DNA of 63,590 bases from Snowella sp. SOY_38_metabat_116 (GCA_031396835.1 JANNLO010000100.1:1-63590), one strand, 5' to 3'. Positions 49,746 through 60,624 are shown, counted from the first letter of the stretch. Notes: a model not told the origin generated them from the letters alone. A program made the numbers and translations.

Positions 49746-51944
49746 TTAACCTTTAACGATCGCACCAAAATCGGCTAAGACCCGTGAATGATTTCGCAGT
49801 AATCCTAATAAATTAAGACGATTTGCGCGAATTTCTAGGTTTTCATCCATTACCATGACGCTATCTTCTCCATCAAAAAAGCGGGTCACAGCAGGCGTAA
49901 TGTCTGCTAGACATTTTATAAGTTTTGGATAATAGTAGTACCAGGATAATATCCTTTTTATATCCTTAGGTTGGTCGTCAGTGAAGACACGGGAAAAATT
50001 GTGAGTCTCGTAAACGTTAAATAGTACAATGAGTTTTTCATACAAAATCTTTTCAGAGTTTTTAACTAATAATTCATTTTTAATTACTTGTTCAGGATCA
50101 AAAGTTCGAGTATCCAATGTCCCTTTACTTGCCAAGCGTGTAGCACGGTTGACTGTTTCATAAATTTCTTCTAGTTTTCCATTTTTACGAATTTTCCGTA
50201 AATAATCAGCGCGATCGCGGACATCAAGTAAATTTTCTAAGGCACGAATTGTATAGTCTGGATCATTGTCTCCCAAAATAGCATTCACTAAGTCATAATC
50301 AATTTTTAATTCATCTTCTAATAAAGTTTTAATGCGTTGAATAAAGAAGTTTTTCAGAATTTCTAAGGGCGAATTTTTATCGGGATGAGCAGTAATAAAA
50401 TCAGCTGAAACTTGGGTTAATAATTCCTCCAAATTAATATCTAAATTAGCAGACCAGGTAATATTCACAATGGCATTAGCGGCTCGTCTGAGGGCAAAGG
50501 GATCGGAGGAACCAGTGGGCAATAATCCTAGTCCAAAAATACTGATCAAGGTATCTAGGCGATCGCTGATTCCCACAACTTGACCTGTTAAAGATTCAGG
50601 TAAATCATCCTCAACATTACGCGGTAAATAATGTTCAAAAATCCCATTGGAAACTTCCCTCGATTCTCCACTGACTAGGGCATATTTTTGTCCCATAATT
50701 CCCTGCAATTCAGGAAACTCATAGACCATTTGGGTCACTAAGTCTGCCTTACATAATAGAGCCGTACTTTCAATTTCTTGGCAATTTTTTTCGTCTAAAT
50801 TGAGTTGTTCTGCAATTTGTTGAGCAATTTCTATGATGCGATCAACCTTATCTCGCATGGTTCCTAATTCTTCTTGGAAAGTCACTGTTTCGAGTTGGGG
50901 TAAATAACTTTCTAAGGATTGATCACAATCAGCTTGATAGAAGAATTGGGCATCGGCTAAACGGGCGCGAATTACCCTGGCATTTCCCTCTGCAATAAGT
51001 TCTGCTTTTTGGGGATCACTGTTAGCAATAGTAATAAATTTTGCTAATAAAGTTCCATCGGCTTTTTTGACAGGAAAATAACGCTGGTGCGTCACCATGA
51101 CAATAGTAATTACTTCTGTTGGTAATGTGAGAAAATCCGTATCAAATTTACCAATAACCGCAGTCGGATATTCGACTAAATTCACGACTTCTGACAATAA
51201 ATCAGGATAAATTTCAGCCGTTCCTTGCAAAGATTTAGCCGCATTTTTAACTTGTTCGGTAATAATTTGACGACGTTCTTCAGGATCAACAATAACAAAT
51301 GCCGATCGCAAGTTTTCTTGATAATCTTTCGCTTGTTTAATATTAATTATTTCAGGATGTAAAACCCGATGTCCCCAGGAAAAGCGATCGCTGTTTACAG
51401 TTGTGGAACCATTAATTAATTGCAGAGGTAAAATTTCTTTATCCAGTAGAGCGACTAACCAACGAATCGGACGAGGAAAACGTAAATCCCCATCTCCCCA
51501 ACGCATAAAACGCTTACCTTCCAGATTATTTATCCAATTAAGAACTAATTCGGGCAAAATTTCCTGTGCAGGACGACCAGGCGTTTTTTTCTGAACAAAA
51601 ACAAAATCTCCCTTATCCGTCGCCTCAATTTCTAAAGCACTCACTTCCACACCCTGTTTCTTGGCAAATCCGAGCGCGGCGTTTGTGGGTTCACCATTTT
51701 TAAAAGCTGAAGATGCTGGTGGCCCTTTGATCGCTTCTTCTCGGTCTGGTTGTTGACTCGGTAAACCTTGAATCAAAACCGCTAAACGACGGGGCGTGCC
51801 GTAAACCTGAACCGATTCGGGCGTTAGTAAATTGTCGGTCAAACTTTTCGGGATTCGACTCTGCCATTGGGCGATCGCGTTGGCCACAAAATCTGCGGGT
51901 AGTTCTTCTGTACCGATTTCCAATAAAAAAGTCAAGTTAGACAT
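49746..51944 (-). CDS. glyS: glycine--tRNA ligase beta subunit
   Basis: N-terminal [11 protein letters not shown] motif, about 730 aa. The start at MSNL (51944) is preferred over the MCMSNL of the track. Confidence 0.9.
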   Translation of the reverse strand: MSNLTFLLEIGTEELPADFVANAIAQWQSRIPKSLTDNLLTPESVQVYGTPRRLAVLIQGLPSQQPDREEAIKGPPASSAFKNGEPTNAALGFAKKQGVEVSALEIEATDKGDFVFVQKKTPGRPAQEILPELVLNWINNLEGKRFMRWGDGDLRFPRPIRWLVALLDKEILPLQLINGSTTVNSDRFSWGHRVLHPEIINIKQAKDYQENLRSAFVIVDPEERRQIITEQVKNAAKSLQGTAEIYPDLLSEVVNLVEYPTAVIGKFDTDFLTLPTEVITIVMVTHQRYFPVKKADGTLLAKFITIANSDPQKAELIAEGNARVIRARLADAQFFYQADCDQSLESYLPQLETVTFQEELGTMRDKVDRIIEIAQQIAEQLNLDEKNCQEIESTALLCKADLVTQMVYEFPELQGIMGQKYALVSGESREVSNGIFEHYLPRNVEDDLPESLTGQVVGISDRLDTLISIFGLGLLPTGSSDPFALRRAANAIVNITWSANLDINLEELLTQVSADFITAHPDKNSPLEILKNFFIQRIKTLLEDELKIDYDLVNAILGDNDPDYTIRALENLLDVRDRADYLRKIRKNGKLEEIYETVNRATRLASKGTLDTRTFDPEQVIKNELLVKNSEKILYEKLIVLFNVYETHNFSRVFTDDQPKDIKRILSWYYYYPKLIKCLADITPAVTRFFDGEDSVMVMDENLEIRANRLNLLGLLRNHSRVLADFGAIVKG

Positions 51945-51963
51945 ACACAAGTCCCCAACGGCG

Positions 51964-52070
51964 ATCGCGTCAAATGAAGGTATCTAAGGCATTTTACCAA
52001 ATTTGGGTCTAGCTTTTATTTAGAATTATAATTCGCATTACCAAAGATTAGTTCTACGATATTTATAATC
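51964..52070. repeat. TA-flanking repeat, copy A
   Basis: ATCGCGTCAAATGAAGGTATCTAAGGCATTTTACCAAATTTGGGTCTAGCTTTTAT (part 1), an 11-nt spacer, then ATTCGCATTACCAAAGATTAGTTCTACGATATTTATAATC (part 2). Confidence 0.8.
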
Positions 52071-52168
52071 CGTATGGAATATTTGTGGGGCTTTGGCTTG
52101 CAAAACTATAAATTATTAATTCATTAAGTCATTGAAATTATTGACCATAAACAAAAAATATAAAAATC

Positions 52169-52405
52169 ATGATTACTGTCAATGAAGCTCAACAACAATT
52201 ACCTAATTTAATTGATTCTGTTAATCAATCCCATCAAGCTATTATTATTTCAGGACAAAATAGTAATGCCGTTTTATTATCAGAAATGGATTGGCGATCA
52301 ATACAAGAAAGCTTATATTTACTGTCTATTCAAGGAATGCGAGAATCTATTCAAGAAGGTTTAAACACCTCTGTTGAAGATTGTGACGAGGAATTAGAAT
52401 GGTAA
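52169..52405 (+). CDS. yefM: type II antitoxin, Phd/YefM family
   Basis: 78 aa with a YefM-like N-terminus. Its stop overlaps the start of the YoeB gene by 7 nt. Confidence 0.8.
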   Translation: MITVNEAQQQLPNLIDSVNQSHQAIIISGQNSNAVLLSEMDWRSIQESLYLLSIQGMRESIQEGLNTSVEDCDEELEW

Positions 52406-52665
52406 GATGGCGATTGATTTATACCAAACAAGCTCAAAAAGATGCCAAAAAACTTAATGCGAGTAACCTTAGAGAAAAAGTGCAAAAAATTCTTGATCTA
52501 ATCGAAATAAATCGTTTTCAAAATCCACCTCCCTACGAAAAATTAATCGGTGATTTAGAGGGAGCCTATTCTCGACGAATTAACATTCAACATCGTTTAG
52601 TTTATGAGGTTATCGAGTCTGAACATAAAATCAAAATTTTAGGAATGTGGACACATTATGAATAA
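52399..52665 (+). CDS. yoeB: type II toxin, Txe/YoeB family
   Basis: 88 aa with YSRRINIQHRLVYEV and a C-terminal WTHYE, typical of YoeB. Confidence 0.85.
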   Translation: MVRWRLIYTKQAQKDAKKLNASNLREKVQKILDLIEINRFQNPPPYEKLIGDLEGAYSRRINIQHRLVYEVIESEHKIKILGMWTHYE

Positions 52666-52673
52666 TCAGAAGC

Positions 52674-52738
52674 GATCGCGTCAAATTAAGATGATTAAGG
52701 CATTTTACCAAATTTAGGTCTAGCTTTTATGATTCGCA
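52674..52738. repeat. TA-flanking repeat, copy B (part 1 plus first nucleotides of part 2)
   Basis: ATCGCGTCAAATTAAGATGATTAAGGCATTTTACCAAATTTAGGTCTAGCTTTTAT-G-ATTCGCAA. Confidence 0.75.
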
Positions 52739-52838
52739 ATGCTTGATTTTAGACTTGATGAGGGATTGAGAGATTACGAGTTCCTGTTTTGACTATCATG
52801 ACGAAGATATCGACCAACCCAAAAACTCATCAATCGCC

Positions 52839-53107
52839 CTAAATCCGTTTCAGCAAGTCATCGTACTCATCGTGTGTGCCAATCCAGTACCAGTAAATAT
52901 GATCGGACTCCAACAAACCCAAAACCCTATAGTTCAAGCTGACACGAGCGGAAAAATCGGTTGCTTTTGACTGACTCGTTTGAACTGAAGACTGGGATGA
53001 TAAGGGTCTTTTTGCCAAAGTGCATAGACTTTACTCGCTTGTTCCTGAGCCGATGTAGGAAGCTCATTAAGCCTTTTGCGAAACGTTTGGGTGACACTTG
53101 ATTTCAT
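52839..53107 (-). pseudogene. ParE-like toxin (PF15781-like), disrupted by a -1 frameshift in a T5 run
   Basis: The reverse strand reads MKSSVTQTFRKRLNELPTSAQEQASKVYALWQKDPYHPSLQFKRVSQKQPIF, then stops 5 codons later (TGA at 52934..52936). The +1 frame continues SARVSLNYRVLGLLESDHIYWYWIGTHDEYDDLLKRI*. Total length is 269 nt (not a multiple of 3). The homopolymer is at 52952..52956. Confidence 0.7.
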
Positions 53108-53334
53108 TTTTCTGCTGGAAATATTTCACTAAGTGGAACAGTTTCACCTGTTGCTATTTCCTGGCGAACCATTGCAGCCATCTCATCCCATTGATCATCT
53201 GTTGTGGAAGTGAACCGAGACTTCCATTGCTGTTCATCTTGCAACTCAGCCAAAAATCGGGACGCGATCGCATCTTGTTCTTCGGGTGAAAGTTGGTGGA
53301 TTTGGGAGATCATCTCTTCAAGCAGTTTAGTCAT
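53104..53334 (-). CDS. putative antitoxin of the ParE-like module
   Basis: 76-aa acidic protein whose TGA overlaps the ATG of the downstream toxin frame (ATGA at 53104..53107). Confidence 0.6.
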   Translation of the reverse strand: MTKLLEEMISQIHQLSPEEQDAIASRFLAELQDEQQWKSRFTSTTDDQWDEMAAMVRQEIATGETVPLSEIFPAEK

Positions 53335-53360
53335 GGGCTCATCTCAATACATACTACAAT

Positions 53361-53536
53361 ATCGCGTCAAATTAAGGTATCTAAGGCATTTTACCAAATT
53401 CGGGTCTAGCTTTGATGGAGGATTTTAATCTGGAGTTGTCCTTTTTTATTTTTTTAAAATCCTATAATTACCTTTAGCGCGAAAAATGGAGTCATGATTC
53501 GCATTACAGAAGATTTGTTCTACGATGTTTATGATT
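53361..53536. repeat. TA-flanking repeat, copy C (parts 1 and 2 split by an 80-bp insert)
   Basis: Part 1 is 53361..53416 and part 2 is 53497..53536. The insert carries a 9-bp-stem hairpin AGGATTTTA...TAAAATCCT (53419..53463). Confidence 0.75.
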
Positions 53537-53653
53537 GCTGTGAAATATTCGTTTCATCGTTGATCGCTTTTAAAACTTATTGAATCAAGATCTCCAAAAA
53601 CAACAAGCCCAAGAAAAATTAACCGCTCTATTACAAGAAGGCTTAGACTCTAA

Positions 53654-54496
53654 ATGACAAATACCAAGCCAAAATTTACTCGTTCAAATTTTTTAGGAAC
53701 CTATTTTATTCTGGGAATAATTGCATTAGTAATGCTTTTCCCACTTTTCTGGTTATTGAGTACCAGCTTAAAGTCTCCCACAGAAGATATTTTTGGTGCG
53801 CCGCTTCAACTTCTACCGATTAAACCGACTTTAGATAATTTTCTTACTGTTTGGCAAAATTATCCCTTTGCTCGCTATTTGTTTAATAGTACCTTTGTAG
53901 CAAGTTTAACCGTTGGTTTCAATCTACTTTTTTGCGCTTTAGCTGCCTATCCTTTAGCTCGATTAAATTTTAAAGGACGAGACACTTTTTTAGCTTTGAT
54001 TGTCGCAACTTTGATGATTCCCTTTCAAATTGTGATGATTCCTCTCTATATTTTGACTGTTCAATTTGGGCTGAGAAATACCTATTTAGGCGTTATTTTT
54101 CCTGGTTTAGCCTCGGCTTTTGGTATCTTTCTGCTTCGTCAAGCGTTTCAAAGTGTTCCCAAAGAATTAGAAGAAGCCGCTCGTATTGATGGTTGTACTG
54201 AGTTGGGCATTTGGTGGCACATTATGATTCCTGCTGTGCGTCCTGCTTTAGCTACTCTTACCATTTTTGTGTTTATTGGTGCGTGGAGTGATTTTCTTTG
54301 GCCTTTGATTGTTTTGGATCAACCCGATTATTTTACCCTTCCTCTCGGCGTTGCAAAATTAGCCAGTGCTTTAGATTTTGATTGGCGTTTAATTGCGGCG
54401 GGTTCTATTATTTCTATTACACCGATCATTATCTTATTTGTGTTTTTGCAACGTTATATTATCCCTACCGAAACAGGAAGCGGTGTTAAGGGATGA
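53654..54496 (+). CDS. carbohydrate ABC transporter permease (MalG/CUT1 type)
   Basis: Six TM spans and an EAA loop (ELEEAARIDGCTELGIWWHIMIP). No adjacent partner genes. Confidence 0.85.
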   Translation: MTNTKPKFTRSNFLGTYFILGIIALVMLFPLFWLLSTSLKSPTEDIFGAPLQLLPIKPTLDNFLTVWQNYPFARYLFNSTFVASLTVGFNLLFCALAAYPLARLNFKGRDTFLALIVATLMIPFQIVMIPLYILTVQFGLRNTYLGVIFPGLASAFGIFLLRQAFQSVPKELEEAARIDGCTELGIWWHIMIPAVRPALATLTIFVFIGAWSDFLWPLIVLDQPDYFTLPLGVAKLASALDFDWRLIAAGSIISITPIIILFVFLQRYIIPTETGSGVKG

Positions 54497-54552
54497 TTTA
54501 CCGATTCCTAGTGTTGAAGCTGTTATGCTTTAAGTTCCGATAAAATTAGAAT

Positions 54553-56289
54553 ATGCAAACCGTTGACTTTACGACTCTCGCCGCTATTTGCCAAGATCTG
54601 CGAACTCATTGGTTGCCCGCTCGAATTGAACAGGTTTATCAACGCGATCGCAATACCATTTCTATTGCCCTACGAACTTTACAAAAACGAGGCTGGTTAA
54701 CCATATCTTGGCATCCACAGGCCGCTAGATTAGTTATCGGAGATTCGCCGCCCCGTACTCCTGATACCTTTACTTTTAGCGATCAATTGCGTCATCAATT
54801 AAATGGCTATGCCCTGACTGCGATTGAAATGGTTGCACCCTGGGAACGAGTTGTTGATCTGCAAATTGCCCAACGTCCCGATGAAGAGCCGATCTGGCAT
54901 CTTTATGTGGAAATCATGGGGAAATACAGCAATGTCGTTCTTACCGACGCAAATCAGCAAATTATCACCGTTGCTCACCAAGTTACGTCTAATCAGTCTC
55001 GTGTGCGAACTGTGGAAACTGGTCAACCCTATCAATTACCGCCAAGTTTAACAGGAATTGCTCCCAACTTGACTGAATCCCGCGATCGCTGGCAAGAAAG
55101 AATTAGTTTAATTCCAGGCCCCATTCAAAAGCAATGGATCAAACTTTATCGGGGTTTGAGTCCAATGATCGCCCGTTCTCTTTTGAAAATCGCTAATTTA
55201 CAGCCTGAACAAGAGACAAGCAGTTTGAGTGAAAAAGATTGGCAAAATTTATTTCAAGCTTGGCAAAATTGGTTAAAAAGTTTAGAAAAAGGAGATTTTA
55301 ATCCTAGTCGGACGGAAACGGGTTACACAGTTCTCAATACTAATCTTCAACAACCGATTGTTAATATTCAGGAACTTATTAATAACTATTATCGCGATCG
55401 CCAATCTCAAGAAAGTTTTGGGCAATTGCATCATCAATTATTACAAAAAATTCGTTCTCTCTTAGGTAAACTTAATCAAAAAGCAGAGACTTTTCAAAAA
55501 CGTTTAAACCAGTCTGATCAAGCAGATTTCTATCGACAACAGGCTGATTTATTGATGGCTAATTTGCATCAATGGCAAGCGGGAATGAAAGAGATAATTT
55601 TAGCTGATTTTGAAACAGGTGAACCTATTAAAATTTCTCTGCAACCTGATAAAACTATTATTCAAAATGCCCAATGGCTTTATAAACAACAACAAAAACT
55701 CAAACGGGCGCGTCATGCTATAGAACCACTTTTAGCGGAAGTTATGACAGAAATAGGTTATTTAGAACAAGTAGAAAATAGTTTAAATCTGTTAGAAAAT
55801 TACTATGTTTCTGAAGATTTGTTAGCCTTAGAAGAAATTCGAGATGAACTGATTGAACAAAATTATTTAGAAGTTAAACATTCTCGTAGTCGCCCTTCTT
55901 CAGAAACCTTTCAACCTCATATTCAACGCAGTCCTTCTGGTTTTGAAATTTGGATTGGGCGCAATAATCGGCAAAATGATCAGCTTACTTTTCGCGTTGC
56001 AGGAGATTATGATCTTTGGTTTCATAGTCAGGAAATTGCAGGAAGTCATGTTCTTTTACGATTAACTCCAGGTGCGATCGCCGAAGAAAGTGATTTACAA
56101 TGTGCAGCAAATTGGGCCGCTTATTACAGTCGAGCGAGACAAAGCGAACAAGTTCCCGTCGTTTATACCAAACCCAAAAACGTTTACAAACCCAAGGGAG
56201 CGAAACCTGGCATGGTCGTTTATAAACAAGAAAAAATTATTTGGGGAAAGCCTCCTGGCGTGGCATTATACCGAGAAAATCAAAATTAG
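54553..56289 (+). CDS. rqcH: NFACT-family ribosome quality control protein (RqcH/FbpA-like)
   Basis: NFACT-N region, central coiled coil, and a C-terminal DUF814-type motif (GFEIWIGRNNRQND...WFHSQEIAGSHVLLR). Confidence 0.75.
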   Translation: MQTVDFTTLAAICQDLRTHWLPARIEQVYQRDRNTISIALRTLQKRGWLTISWHPQAARLVIGDSPPRTPDTFTFSDQLRHQLNGYALTAIEMVAPWERVVDLQIAQRPDEEPIWHLYVEIMGKYSNVVLTDANQQIITVAHQVTSNQSRVRTVETGQPYQLPPSLTGIAPNLTESRDRWQERISLIPGPIQKQWIKLYRGLSPMIARSLLKIANLQPEQETSSLSEKDWQNLFQAWQNWLKSLEKGDFNPSRTETGYTVLNTNLQQPIVNIQELINNYYRDRQSQESFGQLHHQLLQKIRSLLGKLNQKAETFQKRLNQSDQADFYRQQADLLMANLHQWQAGMKEIILADFETGEPIKISLQPDKTIIQNAQWLYKQQQKLKRARHAIEPLLAEVMTEIGYLEQVENSLNLLENYYVSEDLLALEEIRDELIEQNYLEVKHSRSRPSSETFQPHIQRSPSGFEIWIGRNNRQNDQLTFRVAGDYDLWFHSQEIAGSHVLLRLTPGAIAEESDLQCAANWAAYYSRARQSEQVPVVYTKPKNVYKPKGAKPGMVVYKQEKIIWGKPPGVALYRENQN

Positions 56290-56428
56290 AAAGAAAAAGT
56301 TATTTTTTGTAATAAAAAATTCGTACTCTATGTTACAATTTTTATTTGAAGGAGTCTGAAAAGCTTAATGTTTTGGGAACTGACAGCCGATATTTCCTCC
56401 ATAATAACAACAACAATTTTTGAACTTG

Positions 56429-56457
56429 CCAGCGCGCGATCGCTGGTGTTTTATTTT
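56429..56457 (+). terminator. candidate intrinsic terminator/attenuator hairpin built on a HIP1 site
   Basis: CCAGCG-CGCGAT-CGCTGG stem-loop followed by TGTTTTATTTT. It lies between rqcH and the likely true start of the response regulator. Confidence 0.4.
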
Positions 56458-56488
56458 ATCTAGCCCTTCTAATCTTTTGCAATATGAC

Positions 56489-57196
56489 ATGAATATTCTG
56501 ATTGTTGAAGACGATCTCGAAATTGCTCACCTCATCCAAGAAACGCTAGAACGGGAAGCTTTTGTCTGCGCGATCGCCCATGATGGACTAGAAGCTCTTA
56601 ATTATTTCCAACAAAACGAACCTGATTTGATTATTCTCGATTTAATGTTGCCCAAATTAGACGGATTAGAAGTTTGTACGCGTATTCGGCAAAAAATTAA
56701 TCAAAAAGATCCTTATATTCTAATGTTGACCGCAAAAGGAGAAGAAATTGACCGTATTATTGGATTATCCACAGGAGCCGATGATTATCTCATTAAACCT
56801 TTTAGTCCGAGGGAATTAGTGGCAAGAGTGAGAGCCTTGCTGAGACGCAGTTTAAGACATGGAGAAAATAATCATCAAACCCACAAAACTCGCCATTTTC
56901 AACTTGATTTAGACCAGCATATCGCTAAACGTCAATTAATCGATCAAAATTTAGAAATTTTAGATTTAACAACTTTAGAATTTAATTTACTTCATACTTT
57001 TATTAGTTATCCAGGACGGGTTTGGAGTCGCAATCAATTAATTGACAAACTTTGGGGAAATGACTTTTTTGGGGATGATCGAGTTGTGGACACTCATATT
57101 CGTCGCCTACGCAAGAAAATTGAACTAGATCCCTCGAATCCTATTTTTATTAAGACTGTGATTGGCATGGGTTACAAATTTGAAGATGATTTTTAA
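56489..57196 (+). CDS. OmpR-family response regulator (orphan, no adjacent kinase)
   Basis: MNILIVEDD...DLIILDLMLP...LTAKG receiver motifs and a winged-helix C-terminus (VDTHIRRLRKKIE). The ATG at 56489 is preferred over 56420. Confidence 0.85.
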   Translation: MNILIVEDDLEIAHLIQETLEREAFVCAIAHDGLEALNYFQQNEPDLIILDLMLPKLDGLEVCTRIRQKINQKDPYILMLTAKGEEIDRIIGLSTGADDYLIKPFSPRELVARVRALLRRSLRHGENNHQTHKTRHFQLDLDQHIAKRQLIDQNLEILDLTTLEFNLLHTFISYPGRVWSRNQLIDKLWGNDFFGDDRVVDTHIRRLRKKIELDPSNPIFIKTVIGMGYKFEDDF

Positions 57197-57381
57197 AATT
57201 GACTTGTTGCAGAGGTTTATTGGAATGTAAAATTTACTCGCACACTCGAGATCGCCTTAATCAACCTAGAAAACAAATCTCAAAAGTCAATAAACCTAGA
57301 TAAATAATAGGGTTACGATCGCGGATAAACCTTATAAAATAAGTGGGATTCAAATTACCTCTTCTCCAAGGGAAACCACTT

Positions 57382-60300
57382 ATGCCACGCCGCACAGACT
57401 TAAAGAAAATTTTAGTATTAGGAGCAGGCCCCATTGTTATCGGCCAAGCTTGTGAATTTGACTACTCTGGAACCCAAGCCTGCAAAGCCTTACGGGAAGA
57501 GGGTTATGAGGTTGTGTTAGTGAACTCTAATCCTGCTTCGATTATGACGGATCCAGAAACCGCTCACCGCACCTATATCGAACCTCTTCTCCCCGACATG
57601 GTAGAAAAAGTTATCGAAAAGGAACGCCCCGATGCTTTGTTACCCACAATGGGCGGACAAACGGCTCTTAATCTGGCAGTGACCTTGGCTAAATCGGGTG
57701 TCCTAGAAAAATACGGCGTTGAGTTGATCGGGGCAAAACTAGAAGCGATCGAAATGGGAGAAGACCGAGAACTTTTCAAAGAAGCGATGGCCCGAATTGG
57801 GGTTCCCGTTTGCCCTTCAGGAGTTGTCAATGATATTGAATCTGCTCGGCGAGTAGCCAAGGAAATCGGCTCCTATCCCCTGATTATTCGTCCAGCTTTT
57901 ACTCTTGCGGGAACGGGCGGAGGGATTGCCTATAACCAGGAAGAATACGAAGAAATGGCTGAATACGGACTAGAACAATCGCCTGTTTCCCAAATTCTAG
58001 TGGAAAAATCTCTCCTGGGCTGGAAAGAATACGAATTAGAGGTGATGCGAGATTTGGCGGATAATGTGGTAATTGTCTGTTCGATTGAAAATTTTGATCC
58101 GATGGGGGTACATACGGGAGATTCGATCACCGTCGCACCCGCCCAAACTTTGACGGATAAGGAATATCAACGGTTGCGCGATTATTCGATCGCAATTATC
58201 CGAGAAATTGGAGTAGAAACGGGCGGATCGAATATTCAGTTTTCGGTCAATCCTGCCAATGGGGATGTGATTGTTATTGAAATGAATCCCCGTGTTTCCC
58301 GTTCTTCGGCCTTGGCTTCTAAGGCAACAGGCTTCCCGATCGCGAAATTTGCGGCGAAATTAGCGGTAGGTTATACGCTCAACGAAATTTCCAACGATAT
58401 TACCAAAAAAACGCCTGCATCCTTTGAGCCGACCATTGATTATGTGGTGACGAAAATTCCCCGTTTTGCCTTTGAAAAGTTTCCTGGCTCGGAACCGATT
58501 TTAACCACTCAAATGAAGTCCGTCGGGGAAGCGATGGCCATTGGTCGTACTTTCCAAGAATCTTTCCAAAAAGCCTTACGTTCCCTAGAAACAGGTCGTT
58601 TTGGTTTTGGTTGCGATCGCGTGGAAACTCTGCCGACCCTTTCCCAGGTGCGTTCCCAGTTGCGAACACCCAATCCTGATCGGGTTTACTCGATTTATCA
58701 CGCCTTCAGTCTGGGCATGACCGTCGAAGAAATCCATGAATTAACCGCGATCGACATCTGGTTTTTGGATAAATTAGCCGATCTAGTCGAAACCGAAAAA
58801 ATTCTCAAAAAAACGCCCCTCAAATCGATTACGGCGGCAAAAATGCGATCGGTTAAACAACAGGGATTCAGCGATCGCCAAATTGCCTTTGCGACCAAAT
58901 CGACTGAAGACGAGGTGCGAACCTACCGTAAAAGTTTAGATATTATTCCTGTTTATAAAATGGTGGATACTTGCGCGGCAGAATTTGAAGCCCTTACGCC
59001 CTATTATTATTCCACCTACGAACCCTCGGATTCAGAGGTTTTACCCTGTGATAAGGAAAAAGTCATGATTTTAGGCGGTGGCCCGAACCGTATTGGTCAG
59101 GGCATCGAATTTGACTATTGTTGTTGTCATGCCGCCTTCTCTCTCAGTGATGCGGGCTATGAAACCATCATGGTCAATTCCAACCCCGAAACCGTTTCTA
59201 CTGACTATGACACCAGCGATCGCCTTTATTTTGAACCGCTTACTAAGGAAGATGTGTTAAATATCATCGAAGCAGAGCAACCTGCGGGGATTATCGTGCA
59301 GTTTGGTGGTCAAACCCCGTTAAAACTAGCAATTCCGTTGCAAAAATACCTGAATAGCCCTGATTGTCCCGTCCAAACTAAAATCTGGGGAACTTCACCC
59401 GATTCCATTGATGCCGCCGAAGATCGGGAAAAGTTCGAGAAAATTCTTCGTGAATTGGATATTAAGCAACCTGCTAACGGGATTGCCCGTAATTACGAAG
59501 AATCTCGCGTGGTCGCTAATCGTATTGGGTATCCCGTTGTGGTGCGTCCTTCCTACGTTTTGGGCGGTCGAGCGATGGAAATCGTCTTTGGAGATGAAGA
59601 ATTAGAACGCTACATGGTTTATGCGGTGCAGATCGAACCCGATCACCCCATTTTGATCGATAAATTTCTCGAAAACGCGATCGAGGTTGACGTGGATTCC
59701 CTGACTGATTCGACGGGTTTTGTCGTCATGGGGGGCATCATGGAACATATCGAAGAAGCAGGGATTCATTCAGGGGATTCTGCCTGTTCACTGCCTTATA
59801 CGAGCTTAACGGATGAAGTAGTGACTACCATTCGCCAATGGACGGAGCAGTTAGCCAAGTCTTTAAAAGTCATTGGTTTGATGAATATTCAGTACGCGGT
59901 GCAAGGCGATCAGGTTTATATCCTAGAAGCCAATCCCCGTGCATCTCGGACGGTTCCCTTTGTTTCTAAGGCAACGGGGCGGCCTTTAGCGAAAATTGCC
60001 TCTTTGGTGATGTCGGGTAAAACCTTGACGGAACTGGGCATTACGGAAGAATTAATTCCCAATCATATTGCGGTTAAAGAAGCGGTTCTACCCTTTGCGA
60101 AATTTCCTGGTACTGATACCTTGCTTGGCCCTGAGATGCGTTCTACGGGTGAGGTAATGGGGATTGATGACAGTTTCGGAAAAGCGTTTGCTAAGGCGGA
60201 ATTAGGAGCCAGCGTTAATCTATCGACGACGGGAACGGTGTTTGTTTCCATGAGCGATCGCACTAAAGAAGCAACTGTCCCTGTGGTTCGGGATTTACTT

Positions 60301-60624
60301 GCTTTAGGCTTTAAAGTGGTGGCGACATCGGGAACTCAACAAGTGTTGAAAGAGAACGGCATCGAAGGGATTGAAGTTGTTCTCAAACTCCATGAAGGTC
60401 GTCCCCATGTGATTGATTGGATTAAGAATAATCAGATCCAATTTATTATTAATACGCCTAGCGGTGAGGAGTCCCAGGTTGACGGGCGATCGATTCGTCG
60501 GGCGGCTTTGGATTATAAGTTACCGATTATCACGACCTTAGCAGGGGCGCGGGCAACTGTCGCGGCGATTCGGAGTTTGCAGGATCATCCTTTGGAGGTT
60601 AAGGCTTTACAGGATTATTTTTAG
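57382..60624 (+). CDS. carB: carbamoyl-phosphate synthase large subunit
   Basis: Two ATP-grasp halves plus an MGS-like C-terminus, about 1080 aa. The canonical N-terminus [30 protein letters not shown] starts at 57382. Confidence 0.92.
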   Translation: MPRRTDLKKILVLGAGPIVIGQACEFDYSGTQACKALREEGYEVVLVNSNPASIMTDPETAHRTYIEPLLPDMVEKVIEKERPDALLPTMGGQTALNLAVTLAKSGVLEKYGVELIGAKLEAIEMGEDRELFKEAMARIGVPVCPSGVVNDIESARRVAKEIGSYPLIIRPAFTLAGTGGGIAYNQEEYEEMAEYGLEQSPVSQILVEKSLLGWKEYELEVMRDLADNVVIVCSIENFDPMGVHTGDSITVAPAQTLTDKEYQRLRDYSIAIIREIGVETGGSNIQFSVNPANGDVIVIEMNPRVSRSSALASKATGFPIAKFAAKLAVGYTLNEISNDITKKTPASFEPTIDYVVTKIPRFAFEKFPGSEPILTTQMKSVGEAMAIGRTFQESFQKALRSLETGRFGFGCDRVETLPTLSQVRSQLRTPNPDRVYSIYHAFSLGMTVEEIHELTAIDIWFLDKLADLVETEKILKKTPLKSITAAKMRSVKQQGFSDRQIAFATKSTEDEVRTYRKSLDIIPVYKMVDTCAAEFEALTPYYYSTYEPSDSEVLPCDKEKVMILGGGPNRIGQGIEFDYCCCHAAFSLSDAGYETIMVNSNPETVSTDYDTSDRLYFEPLTKEDVLNIIEAEQPAGIIVQFGGQTPLKLAIPLQKYLNSPDCPVQTKIWGTSPDSIDAAEDREKFEKILRELDIKQPANGIARNYEESRVVANRIGYPVVVRPSYVLGGRAMEIVFGDEELERYMVYAVQIEPDHPILIDKFLENAIEVDVDSLTDSTGFVVMGGIMEHIEEAGIHSGDSACSLPYTSLTDEVVTTIRQWTEQLAKSLKVIGLMNIQYAVQGDQVYILEANPRASRTVPFVSKATGRPLAKIASLVMSGKTLTELGITEELIPNHIAVKEAVLPFAKFPGTDTLLGPEMRSTGEVMGIDDSFGKAFAKAELGASVNLSTTGTVFVSMSDRTKEATVPVVRDLLALGFKVVATSGTQQVLKENGIEGIEVVLKLHEGRPHVIDWIKNNQIQFIINTPSGEESQVDGRSIRRAALDYKLPIITTLAGARATVAAIRSLQDHPLEVKALQDYF

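Noticed and set aside
51964-53536. Interpretation of the three TA-flanking repeats as integron attC sites (a CALIN-type cassette array)
   Set aside because: I could not find the R''/L''-L'/R' imperfect inverted-repeat organisation or the GTTRRRY core. No integrase is in the window. I keep it only as a generic recombination-hotspot hypothesis.
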